A stretch of 54,848 nucleotides of DNA from Basidiobolus meristosporus CBS 931.73 (Eukaryota; Fungi; Basidiobolomycota). Position 1 is the first letter of the stretch. Every line of letters begins with the position of its first letter. The notes under the pieces are model-generated. The model was not told where the DNA came from. It saw only the letters and a list, made by a program, of their open reading frames with translations, and ran no database searches. The translations under genes and the position numbers were made by a program. The stretch covers positions 1 through 54,848 of the forward strand of contig MCFE01000594.1 in NCBI GenBank assembly GCA_002104905.1, written 5' to 3'. Of this stretch, positions 21,162 through 34,488 are shown in pieces.

Positions 21162-21252
21162 CAATTTATAGGAATATTTATTAAAATAGAAACAACTGAT
21201 TGACAATAAATGCAGGTAGATACATGGTGGATTTCGCCCAGAGGTTTCAGTT

Positions 21253-22767
21253 CTAGACCCCAGCGTGCTCAACCGCCTCGGTCACCACCTGGCCATTGAC
21301 TATTTTACTCTTAAACTGCTCAGGAACTGGCTTCTCAACGAAATCGCCATCTTCCGATGATGGGATAGGAGATGTTCACTTCAGAGCTCTTGGCGGTGAA
21401 AACATCCACATCCAAGCATTCCTTGCTCAGGAAGAGCTGGGCTCCGTCGGTCTTGTCGATAACGATGGTTGGTGTGACGCCGAGGACTTGCACCTGGACC
21501 GACTTGCTATTGACAATGTCGATGGTGGACACGGTGGACTCGAACACGACTCCGGTCTTTTTGCAGGTGTCGACGATGATGGCGTTGACTTTGCCCTTCA
21601 CTTGGATGGTGCTGCCCTCGCATCCATAGATGTATACACTCTGTCTGGTCTCGGTTTGGTCGATGATAAGTTGCTGGTTGTTGATTTGGTTCTCGATGAT
21701 CCATTTGTTTCCGTCCAATTGGAATTTGGCTGGCTTCTTGGTGGCTGTGGGGGCTGCTGGCTTCTGTGCTGGTGCTGGGGCAGACGCAGATGCGGCAACT
21801 GCTCCGCTGGCTCTGAGCTCGGGATTTTTGTGGGTCATCTGATCTTTGCTAACCTTCTTAAGACCGGCGGTGATACCCTCGCCCTTGTTAATCTCGTTGA
21901 AGAGATTCGACATATCAGGAGTGGACTGCTGGGCAGGAGCCTGGAAATCAGCCGGGGGTGGGGGAGGTGGCGGGGGAACTGAGCCGCCAGCGGGGGCGGG
22001 AGGAGCAGCGTTGTCGTTGAGGAAGGTTTGTGCGTCACGGCCCTTGGGGTTCCATACCAATCCTGTTGTGTGGTGTTCCTTTACATAGGCTTGCAAGTCG
22101 GTAAGTAGCGCAATGAAACTGTTGGCCCAAACGATGTGCTTGCGATCCTTGTCCTTGAACTCCTTCATCACGCGATTAGCATAAAAGACAGCACTGTCCT
22201 TCATTTCACCGACATAGGGAGCTGGAGCTGGCTCGACAGCAACCCAACCCAAAGCAGGAATGCCCTCGCCTACGGTAGAGAGGTGGTTGTAAAAGGGGGA
22301 GGCTCTGTTCTTCTCGCGAATGTCGGTAATCTTCTCGAGGGCCAGTTGGGTGGGCTTCAAGAGCTCGGCGTAGACGGATGAAGTGACGTCGGGCTTCTGG
22401 GCTTGTGTAGCGATACTGATAAGCTTGCGTTGGGCTTGGAAGATTTGCTCGACCGCATCACTCTGTAAGAGGGGAATCGGGTCGTGAATATCAAGCACCC
22501 TGCGGGAAAACTCACCACATTACGTACCTGCTCCTTAACCAATCCGTCGATGGTTTTCGAGTTGTCCACAAAGGTCTTGAGCGAGGAGAAAATGATATCA
22601 TCGAATGCTCTCAAGGCAGGGGCGGCGTCCTCTCCGGCGGCACCCTCTTGGGCGGCCACAGGAGCACTGGCACCAGTGACTTTCTTGCCCAAGGCAATGT
22701 CTTCGAGCTTGGAAGTGGCCGCCTCCAAGCGCTTGATTAGGGTTGTGAGTAAACTTTGATCAGCCAT
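21253..22767 (-). CDS. SRV2: Adenylyl cyclase-associated protein CAP/Srv2, 2 exons, apparent frameshift near 21362
   Basis: LIKRLEAATSKLEDIA, FYNHLSTVGEGIPALGW, poly-Pro, KNPELR, CARP C-domain; phase-0 intron ~22464-22527. The conserved tail EDGDFVEKPVPEQFKS..VEHAG lies in another frame ending TAG at 21253. Confidence 0.92.
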
Positions 22768-23092
22768 TGTTCGATGTTCGCAAAAAGCACGCTGTTGAGG
22801 TGCACCTGAGCTTGCCACTTCAAATGCAGCCAAGAAATCAAATATACCCACGTCATCCGGGGCTTGACCACTTGATTGGTTGACGGCAAGAGGCATGAGG
22901 GTAATAAACCATGGCCCGCTCGATGAAAGGCTATTGGACACCCACCTGTGCGCCAATATGTGTGTAATCTCTCGGTCATTTGTGTGCCATTTGAGAGTTG
23001 ACATAAACAGTAATCAACGAGTAAAGGACGTAGGCAAGCAAGTGTAATAAAGGAGATGTAGTTTATTGATGTTCAAAGAAAATCATATCAAC

Positions 23093-23978
23093 TTAGGCAG
23101 AGCCGGCCAATTGTCTCTCTCTTCTACGGTCACGCTCTTCGGTGATGGTGAGCTTGACGCCCTTGTTCTTGGGCAAAGAGATCCAGGGCTTGTTGCTTTC
23201 GCCAATGACGAAGACGTTGGACAAACGGGTGGCGAATTGGCGGTCAAGGGCATCCTTGACGTGGACAATATCGAAGCCACCGTGGTGCTTCTCACGGTGA
23301 GTGATGACACCAACACGACCCATGTTACGTCCGCCGGTGATCATAGCAACATTACCAACATCGAACTTGATGAACTCGGTCATCTTGCCGCTCTCAAGGT
23401 CGAGCTTGACGGTGTCGTTAGCCTTGACAAGGGGATCGGGGTAACGGAGGGTACGGCCATCGTGGGTGATGACGAAGGGAATGCCCTTGGCACCGATTTG
23501 GACCTTCTTGACCTTGCAGAGCTTGTACGAGGCCTCCTCGGCAGAGATTCTGTGAACGGTGAAGCGACCCTTGGTGTCGTAAACGAGACGGAAGTGCTCA
23601 CCGGTTTGCTCGATGGAAATAACATCCATGAAACCGGAAGGATAGGTGATGTCGGTTCTGACCTTACCGTCGACCTTGACCAAACGTTGCATGAGGATGC
23701 TTTGGACCTCCTTCTTGGTAAGGGCGTACTTGAGACGGTTTCTCAAGAAGATAACCAAAGGAAGGCACTCACGGAGCTTATGGGGACCAGCGGAAGGTCT
23801 GGGGGCATAAGTACCGGTGAGTTTGTCAAGCATCCAGTGCTTGGGAGCATTGAGACGCTTAAGATGTTTCTTTGGTCCGCGAGCCTAAGATTGAAAGAGT
23901 GTCAGTGAATCCATTCAGTGTGCATCCATCCGTCGCCCCTTATATGGAGGAGGTGATTGATTAAGGAGGACATACCAT
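23093..23978 (-). CDS. RPS4: 40S ribosomal protein S4 (eS4)
   Basis: ATG-only exon 23978-23976, intron GTATGT..TTAG, exon 23884-23093 [22 protein letters not shown].. Confidence 0.98.
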
Positions 23979-24226
23979 GGTGGGCAAATAAACAAGGATG
24001 AACCAAGGTGAAAGGAGGGAAAACCTGCCAATTCCAATGACTTTTTAAACTTGGCCAGAATCAACGCATTAAAATCCGAATTTTTTTGTAATCATCGCTT
24101 TCTTTTGGGAATCATCGCTTTCTCATGTCTCCCATCATTTCTGACCCATCGCCCATTTTTCATGGTCCAAATGGTAACCATTGCCTGCCAAAGATGGAAA
24201 TCTGGGTTTTCGGAGGGAATTCTGGC

Positions 24227-24244
24227 GTGTGTGTGTGTGTGTGT
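24227..24244. repeat. (GT)9 microsatellite
   Basis: Perfect GT run between the divergent RPS4 and Zds1-like genes. Confidence 0.9.
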
Positions 24245-24603
24245 GCGCTTGAGGTATCTGTGGCTCTTTCCACTGCACTTTGTTCATTGAATTCCCTATT
24301 TCCAAAGATATTATTTAATTGGAGCATATTGATTGGACAGCCAGTGCCGATTTGCTTGTCCTCTCAGTCCCTGGTGCCATATCCACCATTTCCCTACAAA
24401 GTAATATTCCTCAGGTACTTGTTATTAACCTCACTAGCCTCCGTTATTTCTCCGCGGCTCCTTTCTTACCCACCAACCCTATCTTCCCACCTGGCTTTGT
24501 ACTAGTATTGCGTCTGAGCGCCTGTCTTTGATAGAGGCGGTTTCTTCGAATTTACTTCCTCTATTCTGCCAGATTAGCCAACATTCCCCTATTCCCACTT
24601 CAG

Positions 24604-26752
24604 ATGGTGAATTCCTCCTCACACTCCACCAGCATAGAAGCAGACACCCTCAACCAGAGCACCCCAACTAATAGCATGGTGGTACTGGATTCCACCCACG
24701 ACCATCCGCACCTTTTTGACCATCTCGCAGACAACGAAGTCCCCTTACCTGAGACCAAGCATGTTTCCAGACAGCCAGCAGTGGAAATGGAGAGCACGAG
24801 CCCCGGCTCCTTATCCGAATGGGCGCTAAGCGAGAACCCTTCTCACCTGTTTTGGGTCCCTGCACACCTTCATCCAGAAATCGCTCCCCATCAATTCAAA
24901 ACCTGGCTAATGAAACATTCGAGCGCAGTCAACCAGTCAGAGACCACACTAAGTCGACGGAAATCCATCCTCTCCTTACATTCTTACAGTGGCGCCGATT
25001 TTGCCAACGAGCCAACTGCTGGCGAAAAGCCCTCCGCCAAACCCCCTTTGAACCCCTCCGGTTTAAAGAGGCAGTTGACCGTGACCACTGGAATGAAAAT
25101 CCCCACTAGCCAAGGTTTCAAGCGTTTCTTTATTCCTTCTCTTTTGTTGTGAAGTCCTTAGAATATCCAAGCAAGCCCCCCAGCCCGCATATTTTCACCA
25201 AGTTCGTTCCCCAGCCCGTTTTTATTGCAGACGTGACTAACAATTTCTCTTACGTTCCTTTGGGCTGCAACTCATATTCAAGACAAGGCGGGGAATGGGA
25301 AGCCCGTATTCAATCCACCTTTTCTGATCCAAAGTGCGGACCTGCGACCCTCGCTGAAACGAAGCGCCAGAACCAAGGTCCGCCGAAACTCGGTCAAATC
25401 CACCGAATCTCGAATCAACGCCACCATACCAACCCTGCGCAAAAGCAAATCAGTAGAAGGAGGCCTTTCCCAAACGAAGAAAATCAATTTAGACAAAGCG
25501 GGTGACACCTCGGAAGAAAGCGGGCCACTTGCGGGTGAGCCCGAGGAGTGCGCGGATGAGCAGAACGAGGAAAAGGACTCGCTGGAAGAACGTTCTGCTT
25601 CCAAGCATCCACCGCCCAGAAAAGACTCCTTGCCCGCCCTTCCAAATCTAGGTACCTATTTGTACATGTCAGCAGCGATGGCCGTATTCACTGAATGTAG
25701 TAAACCTAGATACCCTCCCGCCGGTGAAAACCCCGGAAACCCTGGAGAAATCGACCCCGGGGATCCCCAAGAAGAAGGGATCCTCCTGGTCGTGGCTGTG
25801 GGGAAACGAGCCCAACGATGTCACCGCTCCAAAGGCCCCAAAGTCCAAAAAGGCCGATAAAAGCAGGTCGCCGTCGCCGGAAGAGTTGTTGGGGAACTCG
25901 GAAGATGCCAAGAATGACGAAGAGAGAGCGGAGGGCGTAACGAAGAAGAAGCCCTCGAAAAAGAAGAAGCAGGCCAGCCCCGACGCCGAGATCGCTCTTC
26001 CACAAGAGTTAAACCAACCCATCGCCGACCAAAAGATCAAAAAACCCTACTCGCCTATCCTAACCTTCTTCTCCAAGTCCAAGAGCAAGGCAAGTCTGAC
26101 TCCCCAGGGGAGCGAGACCCCTGCGCCAAACGAGAATGCCACGAAGCCGGACATGTCCCCTGCTAAGCCGCGATACACCAACTATAGTCGACTGCCGATC
26201 CATATCGAGAGAGCGATATACCGGCTCTCCCACATCAAGTTGACTAATCCACGCCGCCCTCTGTTCCACCAGGTCCTGATATCCAACCTGATGTTCTGGT
26301 ATCTGTCCATAGTCAGTAAGCAGAGCTCGGACCCTGCAGGCGCAGAAGACCGTACCACCAAGGAGGCCAAGATCGTGAAGAGCAAGGTGGGCAAGACGGG
26401 GGGCGGTCGCAGAAGATCCAAACGCTCCCCTCCCGACAATCCGGACGGCATGGGGAACGGGAAACGCTCCGAGATGCTGGTGAAAAGCCCACAGTACAGA
26501 AAGCAGCACCAACATATTCATAATGGCGGCATGGGTGTGATGCTCAAGAGCCAGGCGGAGGCCACCCGTCACCATCTAGCCAAGAGTCATTCGGCCTACT
26601 CGGACAGCAGTTCCGATACCGACTCCGATACCAGCTACGATTCATTGAGCAGAGGTGATGAGGACGACAACGATGGGGGCGATGGCGATGGCGATGATGA
26701 TGACGACCTGCCCTTGGCGATATACAGAGGAAACCTCACAAGCGCCTCCTGA
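24604..26752 (+). CDS. ZDS1: Zds1/Zds2-like protein (PP2A-Cdc55 regulator family), 3 exons
   Basis: PSHLFWVPAHLHPEIAP, SLKRSARTKVRR, and Zds_C-type RLPIHIERAIYRLSHIKLTNPRRPLFHQVLISNLMFWYL; introns ~25114-25282 and ~25652-25710. Confidence 0.85.
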
Positions 26753-27123
26753 CCCCACCTGCCATGCAGCCCACCTTTCAGTAGGTTTTTGTCCCACCCA
26801 CCAACCCAGTCCTTATGCCAACCCAGTCCTCCCCTCATAAATGTATATTTGGCCAATACCGCGAATCCGTAGAGCACCGTGAGCTTAATCCAAAACCCAT
26901 TAATTCTTGATTAAAGTGGATCTCGAGTGAGGCTATCCAAATCAACCTTCCGCCATCCGGCAAATTTTCTGGAATCTTTCTGGAATCGAAAAAAATTCCT
27001 TTTTTCTTTCGCGCGGGCGAGGATTGCCCCCCCCGTCGAATCACGTGCGACCACTTCGATAAATATCCTCCCCCTTGTCCGAGGAATCTTCCTTTTCCAT
27101 TTCCCGCCTAACCTCTAGGAATC

Positions 27124-27839
27124 ATGGGTATGTATCGTTGAAAATGCATCGGTCGCGGTTGCCATAGGCATCCATCCACCACCCCACCATGGAAGCACCG
27201 TAGTAACAATTGATCCCGCAATGTATAGGTATCAGCAGAGACTCTCGTCACAAGAGATCCCACACCGGTGCCAAGCGCGCCCACTACCGCAAGAAGAGAA
27301 AGTTCGAGTTGGGCCGTCAAGCCGCTAACACCAAGCTCGGTGCCAAGCGTATTCACGAAGTCCGTGTCCGTGGTGGAAACCGCAAGTTCCGTGCCCTTCG
27401 TCTTGATACTGGTAACTTCTCCTGGGGATCCGAGAGCATTGCCAAGAAGACCAGAATCGTTGCCGTCGTCTACAACGCCTCCAACAACGAATTGGTCCGT
27501 ACCAACACCCTCGTCAAGGGTGCCGTCATCCAAGTCGATGCCACTCCCTTCCGTCAATGGTACGAGAGCCACTACGCTCAACCCTTGGGCCGCAAGAAGA
27601 CCAAGGGTGCCGAGGTTGAGGCCGAGGCTGAGGTCAAGCGTTCCAACCACGTTCAACGCAAGATCGATGCCCGCAAGCAAGCCGCCAAGGTCGATCCCCA
27701 TTTGGCCGAGCAATTCTCCACCGGTCGTTTGTACGCCATCATCTCTTCCCGTCCTGGACAATCCGGCCGTTGCGACGGTTACATCTTGGAAGGACAAGAG
27801 CTTGACTTCTACATCCGTAAGCTCAAGGCCCGCAAGTAA
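27124..27839 (+). CDS. RPS8: 40S ribosomal protein S8 (eS8)
   Basis: Exon ATGG 27124-27127, intron GTATGT..TAG, exon 27229-27839 [17 protein letters not shown].. Confidence 0.98.
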
Positions 27840-28124
27840 ACTTGCCGCCCTGGAAACCCAGTATCGAAATAAAATTTCCTTCCTCGGCTACAAATCATTT
27901 CTATGTGTTGTCTGAATTGTTTTGCGTGTGTGGGTGGTGTGCGAGATGGTGGTTCATTGGATGGTCCAGGGACAGGCGCAAATGCTCCTCCCGCATTCGA
28001 TTGGGACCTCATGCTGGACCGGGACGAGCACGTGACCGGCCCGATTGGGATGGGTGATTTACTTGGGGTACCATTTGCCTACTAGTGAGGGTGGATCGAG
28101 GTTCTTTCTCTGACAGCTTCGAAG

Positions 28125-28980
28125 ATGAGTGCCAACAACCTATCACTTTACACGACCAAAGCGGTGCTTCTTTTGGATTCCGAAGGGAACCGCCTCCTGG
28201 CCAAATACTACAAACCCTCCACCGGGGACTTCAAAACGCTCAAGGAGCAGAAGGCTTTCGAGAAAGCTTTGTTCGAGAAGACCCGACGTACCAATAGTGA
28301 GTTCATCTTTGACGTCGTTCAAGCCGACGCTCCTTCTTACCTGTTCCTGTACTTGTAACCATACCCACACCTACGCCTTTCCCCTTCCCCTTCCCCTTCC
28401 CCTTACCCGTACCCGTGCTTGTGTTCGTAACCATACTTACCTCCTCCCTTTTCAACCTCTCGATAGGCGAGATCATCTTGTTCGAAGGTCAGGTCGTGGT
28501 TTATCGTAGCTCAGTAGATGTGTATTTTTACGTGGTCGGCTCGGCGGAGGAGAACGAGCTTCTGTTGTCCTCGGTATTGAGCGCATACTACGAGGCGGTC
28601 AGCACTTTGCTCAGGTGAATATCCGGGGTTTACCTCTTCAGCATCTCGCCCCTTCGACTGAACCTTTTGCTTTGTCCCGACAGAGACCAGATCGAGAAGA
28701 GAACCGTCCTTGATCACTACGATCTGGTCACCCTTGCTCTCGACGAGACCATCGACGACGGGTACGTTTCAGTTGGCCCCTGCCCACCTTTCCCCCTCCC
28801 CCATTTCTAACCTTTCTCCACCAACTCCCCAGCATCATCTTGGAGGTCGAACCCGAGAACATCGTATCCAGAGTGTCGAAACGTGGTCAGGACTCCTTCG
28901 AAGGCTCCCTCACCGACCAAACCTTGCTCCAGGCCTACCAGACCGCAAAGGAACGTTTCGCCGGGTCCATATTCAGGTAA
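28125..28980 (+). CDS. RET3: Coatomer zeta subunit (zeta-COP), 4 exons
   Basis: [56 protein letters not shown]. Confidence 0.93.
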
Positions 28981-29339
28981 GTGGTCCATCGCCCAACTCG
29001 TCCCTGCACCGAGCCACCCATTAACCCTCCCTTCGCTTCCGTGCAGCCTCTGATCGGTTCTAGAGTCGGTTCTCTCCCTTCCCCTTCCCCATCTCCATCC
29101 CCCACCCCACAAGAGAACAATAAATCCCCCTAGTGCAGCGTGTTTAGACCCAAGGATGTCGCGTTCCCCAGGTTCAGCCCCCCCCTCCATCTGGCGCCTC
29201 GCTCGATCTCCAGGGTTGTTTTGATGTCGGGAAGGGTTTTTTTCGTTCCTCAGCCGCCAAATCCGGTCGTTCTGGGGACCGGTCCGGCGGGTGGTCGAAG
29301 GCCAGTCATCCATCCTCTCCGTTTTGGAGATATCTGAAG

Positions 29340-30640
29340 TGACTGGGAGAAAGTGGATCATCTGGTCTCCACTTCATGACTTATTCAATGTGAAAGTGCC
29401 ATTGGTACTTTCACCTGGTTTTGGCATCGTAAGCACATAGAGTATGCTCAGGAAGGCCCCAAAAGCATGTGCACAAGCAATGGGCCAGGGCCTTTGGACA
29501 GATTTAGAAATTCTCCGTGTCCTATGTGTTGCAAGTGCTCTGGAGGCATTGGAAGTGATTAGGAGAACAAGTGGATTATGTGGTCTTCATGTAATCATTT
29601 ATCAAATGTAAATGTGGTACTCATACTTTTAATTGGACCTGGCCAGGGAATCACATAAAGTATGCTTGAGAAGGTCCCAAGAACATGTGTACCAAGCTTG
29701 GGGTTCTTTGGATAACTGGTACCTGATAACTTGGTGAAATAGTCCTAACCAGGAATTTGGTGGGAATTCTCAAAGATTTACAGACCATGATCTAAATGAT
29801 CAAGTCATGTGAACACTTGGGTGAGATTACATAATCTGCAACACTCCCACTCAACCAAACACTCATGCATACTAGGCCTAGTTGTGATCTAAGATGGTCA
29901 AGTCTGTCACTAGCCAATGGTGCTGTGGATGTATCCACAATCATTTCACCAGCAGTGCAGTAAGCTAAGTTTACCAAGTAATCCTCAATTGCTTCCCAGA
30001 TGATGTGATGTCTATATCTATATACTTGGTTACAGGACAGAAGACTGGATTTCTAATTAATGGCATAACTCCTTCATTATACTGGAATGTAATAGTGGGA
30101 AAGTGTTGACACAAACCTAACTCTTCAAAGAGCTTTCTTGTGTTATAAATTTGGTAATCACACCTTTGTATTCACTTAACTTAGTCATTTGAATTGCAGT
30201 CTACAAATCTTAGAGAATTCTGGCCAAGTTCCTTGTCAGGATTTATTTAGAATATTTTCACCAAAACATCAGGTATCCAGAAGATGCAACATCTTACAGG
30301 TGTCCATATAGCCCCAGACTTTACCCACAGGTTATTGGTGTTGCAAGTGTTGTGGGAGTTTTGGAGATATTGAAAATGTTTGGGAGAACAAGTGGATTAT
30401 GTGGCTTTTGTGGTAAGAGTTTTGGAGATATTAGAGGTGATTGGGGGAACAGTAGATTAGATGGTTTTTGCATAATGATTTATTGAATGTGAGAGTAGCA
30501 TCTATACTTTTGCATGGTCTTGGTGCAACAAGCACATATAATATGTTGAGGAAGGTTATAAGGACCTGCATGCAAAGTTTGGGGCTGTTTGGACCACTTA
30601 TCTAATTTTCATGTTCTGGGTACCTGATGTCTTGGTGAAT
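29340..30640. mobile_element. Cluster of old, fragmented copia LTRs and an RNase H relic
   Basis: Several diverged copies of the copia LTR in both orientations; PPT plus RH remnant at ~29845-30130. Confidence 0.75.
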
Positions 30641-33606
30641 TGCATTGACTCAATGCATGTTGACTTGGTGCATGGTGCTCTTGTGAAGGATGTTGGCATA
30701 GATTGGATTTGTTGTAAAGATTTGTAATTCCACCTAAGTATACACCTAACTTAGTCACTTAGATCTTTACCCTCAAATCCTAGTGAATAGTGACCAAATT
30801 CCTTGTTGGAATTTACTTAGAATATTTACCCAGAACATGAAAATTAGATAAGTTGTCCAAACAGCCTCAAACTTTGCACACACATTCTTGGGACCTTCCC
30901 CAACCTACTCTATGTGTTTGTTATGGCAAGACTATGTAAAAGTATAAATACTACTTTTACATTCAATAAATCATTAAGTGAAAACCACATAATCTACTTG
31001 TTCTCCCAATCTCTTCCAATATCTCCACAACTCCTACAACAGGTTATGAGCCCCAAGCTGTCACTCTCTGCAATGTCTACTACTGCTAGTACTGGAATTT
31101 CTCCCTCTGCTGAAAAGTTGGATGGATCTAACTACCAAGTGTGGAAGGTGAAGATGAATATGCTGCTACAAGAAAGAGGCCTTTGGGATATTGTCATGGG
31201 AGAAGAATGCCCTCCTAAAAATATGGGAGAGGGAGCCTTAAAGTGACAGAATAAAGAACAAAGTACCTTCAACTGCATTTGCCTTAATGTTGAAGACAAA
31301 TTGCTAATTCAATGCTCAATAGCAAAAACAGCAAAGAATGCCTGGAAGGCATTAGAAGACACCTACCAGTCATGTTCAGCTGCTAAGAACATGTATCAGA
31401 GACATATATTCTTTACTACAAAGATGCTGCCAGGAGAAGAAATGAAAAATCTAATTAACAGAATTACCCTGCTGGTATATGAGATAGAATCTGTGGGTGT
31501 ACCAACCACTGATGAGGATGTGATAGTAATCATCCTGAATAGCCTGACAGACATGTTTCAGGGGCTTGTATCAGCCCTAGAGTTCAGAACTTAAGATTTG
31601 ATCTTAAATTACGTGTATGGAAAGCTCCTGGATGAAGATTCAAGAAAATCAAGCACCAATAAGAAGGAAGAAGAAAATTCTTTAATAAGCAATGATAACC
31701 AACAAAAGATGTACCCAAGACCCTACAGAGGCAACAGCAACCTGTTTTGCAACTACTGCAAAAGGAAAGGACACACATCAGACCCGTGTCTCAAAAAGAA
31801 AGATAATCAGCAAGAGAAGCCTGAATATGGAAATGCTGCAACAACTGAAGATAGACTATTCATATCTGCACTAGATATGACCACAAACAAGGATTCTCAG
31901 ACGTGGTATATTGACTCTAGAGCTTCTCAACACTTTAAACACCAAAAAGAACTTTATACCCAGTATCAAGAAATTCCAATTAAGAAGGTTTTCATGAGTG
32001 ACAATAGAACACTTGATGCAGTGGGAGAAGGAACTATCCAGGTAAACCTTAGAAGCAGTGAAGGAAGCCATACACTGACCTTCAAAGCAGTACTCTATGT
32101 ACCAGAAATAGCCAAGAACCTACTATCTGTAAGCAAGGCCACAGCAGAAGGACTCAGCTTCAGCATTGACAATTCTGGATGCAGGATCACTGATCAAAAT
32201 GGCGCCCATATTGCTTTGGGTATCAGAGATCAAGATCTGTACAAGTTGACTTATATTTCATCATATCTGGAAGTCAATATAGGCAACTTAAAGAAGAAAC
32301 ACCAATGCTTTGACACAGGAAATTTGGGCACATCAATTTTGATTATTTGTGCAAAATGATTTAAGATCAGCTAATTTCCTGAATAAAAATTGATCCCCAA
32401 GCTAGTTAAGGGCACTGTGAGGCCTGCATGTATGGGAAACAAGCCAGACAACCATTCAAGAGATCTGGGTTAATCAAAACTAAGAAAAAATTAGATCTAA
32501 TTCACCAAGTTCTGTGTGGACCTCTGCCAAATGTATCCTTTAGCAGGATAAAGTATTTACTGACTTTTATTGATGATTATACAAGATACACATGGGTCTA
32601 CTTCATGGAGAGAGAGGAAGAAGCTCTGTCTAAGCTCAGGGAGCTTAAAGCCATGGTGGAGAGAAAAACTGGTGAAAAAAATCAAGAAAATTTGCTCTGA
32701 CAATGGTGGAAAATATACATCAGAACTCTTCATCCACTTCAGCAAAATCATGGGATAAAGCAAGACACTGCTGTACCATACCCCCCACAGCAAAATAGAG
32801 TACCAGAATGTGTAAACAGATCAATAATTGATATGGTATGATCTATGATCTGTGATCATAAATTATCCTGTGATTTTTGGGCAGAATCAGTTGCCACCGC
32901 TGTATACCATAAAAATAGGAGTATTAACAGAATACTTTGTGATTCTACTCCATTTGAAGTATGGTAACAATACAGACCAAGTGCAGAACATCCAAGAATA
33001 TTTAGATGCAGAGCATATGCCAAGTAACTGCCTGCAAATCAGTCAATATTTGAGCCACAAAGTGTAAAATGCATATTTTTAGGCTACTGCAATGAGAGTA
33101 AAGCATACAGACTCTACAATACCAAAGTAAAAAAGCCAATCAAGTTCAGGGATGTGTTTAATGAAGATTCAAAACTTTCACAAAAAATGACATCAGATAA
33201 ATACAAAAATTAGATCTCAAGTCCACCAATAGTCAGGATTGAATTAGAGCAAGACAATGAAAGCTTCTTCACTCCAGAGGACTCTAAAACTGTGATTCAG
33301 CCTGAATCAGTGACCAGATATATACCAGAAGAGATCATTCCAGTATTAAGTGCCTGAAGATCCAATCAGACAACAAACAGCCAAAACTACTGTATCAATG
33401 AGGGTAGAAACATTGTCTATGCCTATTCAGTCCATATTAATGAGCCCCAGATTGTAAAGGGCCCTATATAGTCCTCAGATGAAGTTTTGGAGACCTGCAA
33501 TGACTAAGGAATATCAGGCCCTAATGGGGAATCAAGCTTAGGACTTAGTCAGATTACCAATCAACCAAAAATCAATTGGATGCAGATGGCTCTTCAAGGC
33601 AAATAC

Positions 33607-33955
33607 TGTTGTAAGAGTCTTGGAGATATTGGAAGTGATTGGGAGAACAAGTAGATTATGTGGTTTTCACTTAATGATTTATTGAATGTAAAAGTGGTAT
33701 TTATACTTTTACCTGGTCTTGGCATTACAAACACGTAGAATAGGTTAAGGAAGGTCCCAAGAACATGTGTGCAAAGTTTGGGGCTGTTTGGACAACTTTG
33801 AGAATTTTCATGTTCTGGGTACCTGGTATTTTGGTGAAAATATTCTAAGTAAATCCCGACAAGGAATTTGGTCAGTATTCTCTAGGATTTGAAGGTGATG
33901 ATCTAAGTAACTAAGTTAGGTGAATATTTAGGTGGAAATACAAATTTTTACAACA
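33607..33955 (-). mobile_element. Solo copia LTR inserted in D
   Basis: 349 bp TGTTG..CAACA with TSD AATAC on both sides; host RT resumes afterwards. Confidence 0.96.
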
Positions 33956-34138
33956 AATACAAGGCTGATAGCACAGTTGAAAGATACAAGGCATGACTTG
34001 TGGCTAAAGGATACTCTCAAACAAAAGGACTTACTACACTGAGACCTTTGCACTGGTAGCCAAATTTAATTCCATCAGATTAATATTGGCTATGGCAGCC
34101 AAATATAAGTTTTTTATTCATCAAATGGATGTAAAAAC

Positions 34139-34488
34139 TGTTGTAAAAATTCGTATTTTCCACCTAAATATTCACCTAACTTAGTCACTTAGATCATCAC
34201 CTTCAAATCCTAGAGAATACTGACCAAATTCCTTGTTGGGATTTACTTAGAATATTTTCACCAAAATACCAGGTACCCAGAACATGAAAATTCTCAAAGT
34301 TGTCCAAACAGCCCCAAACTTTGCACACATGTTCTTGGGACCTTCCTTAACCTATTCTACGTGTTTGTAATGCCAAGACCATGTAAAAGTATAAATACTA
34401 CTTTTACATTCAATAAATCATTAAGTGAAAACCACATAATCTACTTGTTCTCCAAATCACTTCCAATATCTCCAAGACTCTTACAACA
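34139..34488 (+). mobile_element. Solo copia LTR inserted in D
   Basis: 350 bp with TSD AAAAC on both sides, inside the host MDVKTAF codons. Confidence 0.96.

Noticed and set aside
21162-21272. 37-aa N-terminal extension of the RING ORF
   Set aside because: Begins at a non-ATG codon inside the CAP tail and reads through AT-rich intergenic sequence; it is not in frame with CAP, so no fusion.
21296-27915. Long opposite-strand or alternate-frame ORFs (21296-21982, 23066-23908, 27108-27797, 27268-27915)
   Set aside because: Shadow ORFs produced by the strong codon bias of CAP, RPS4 and RPS8.
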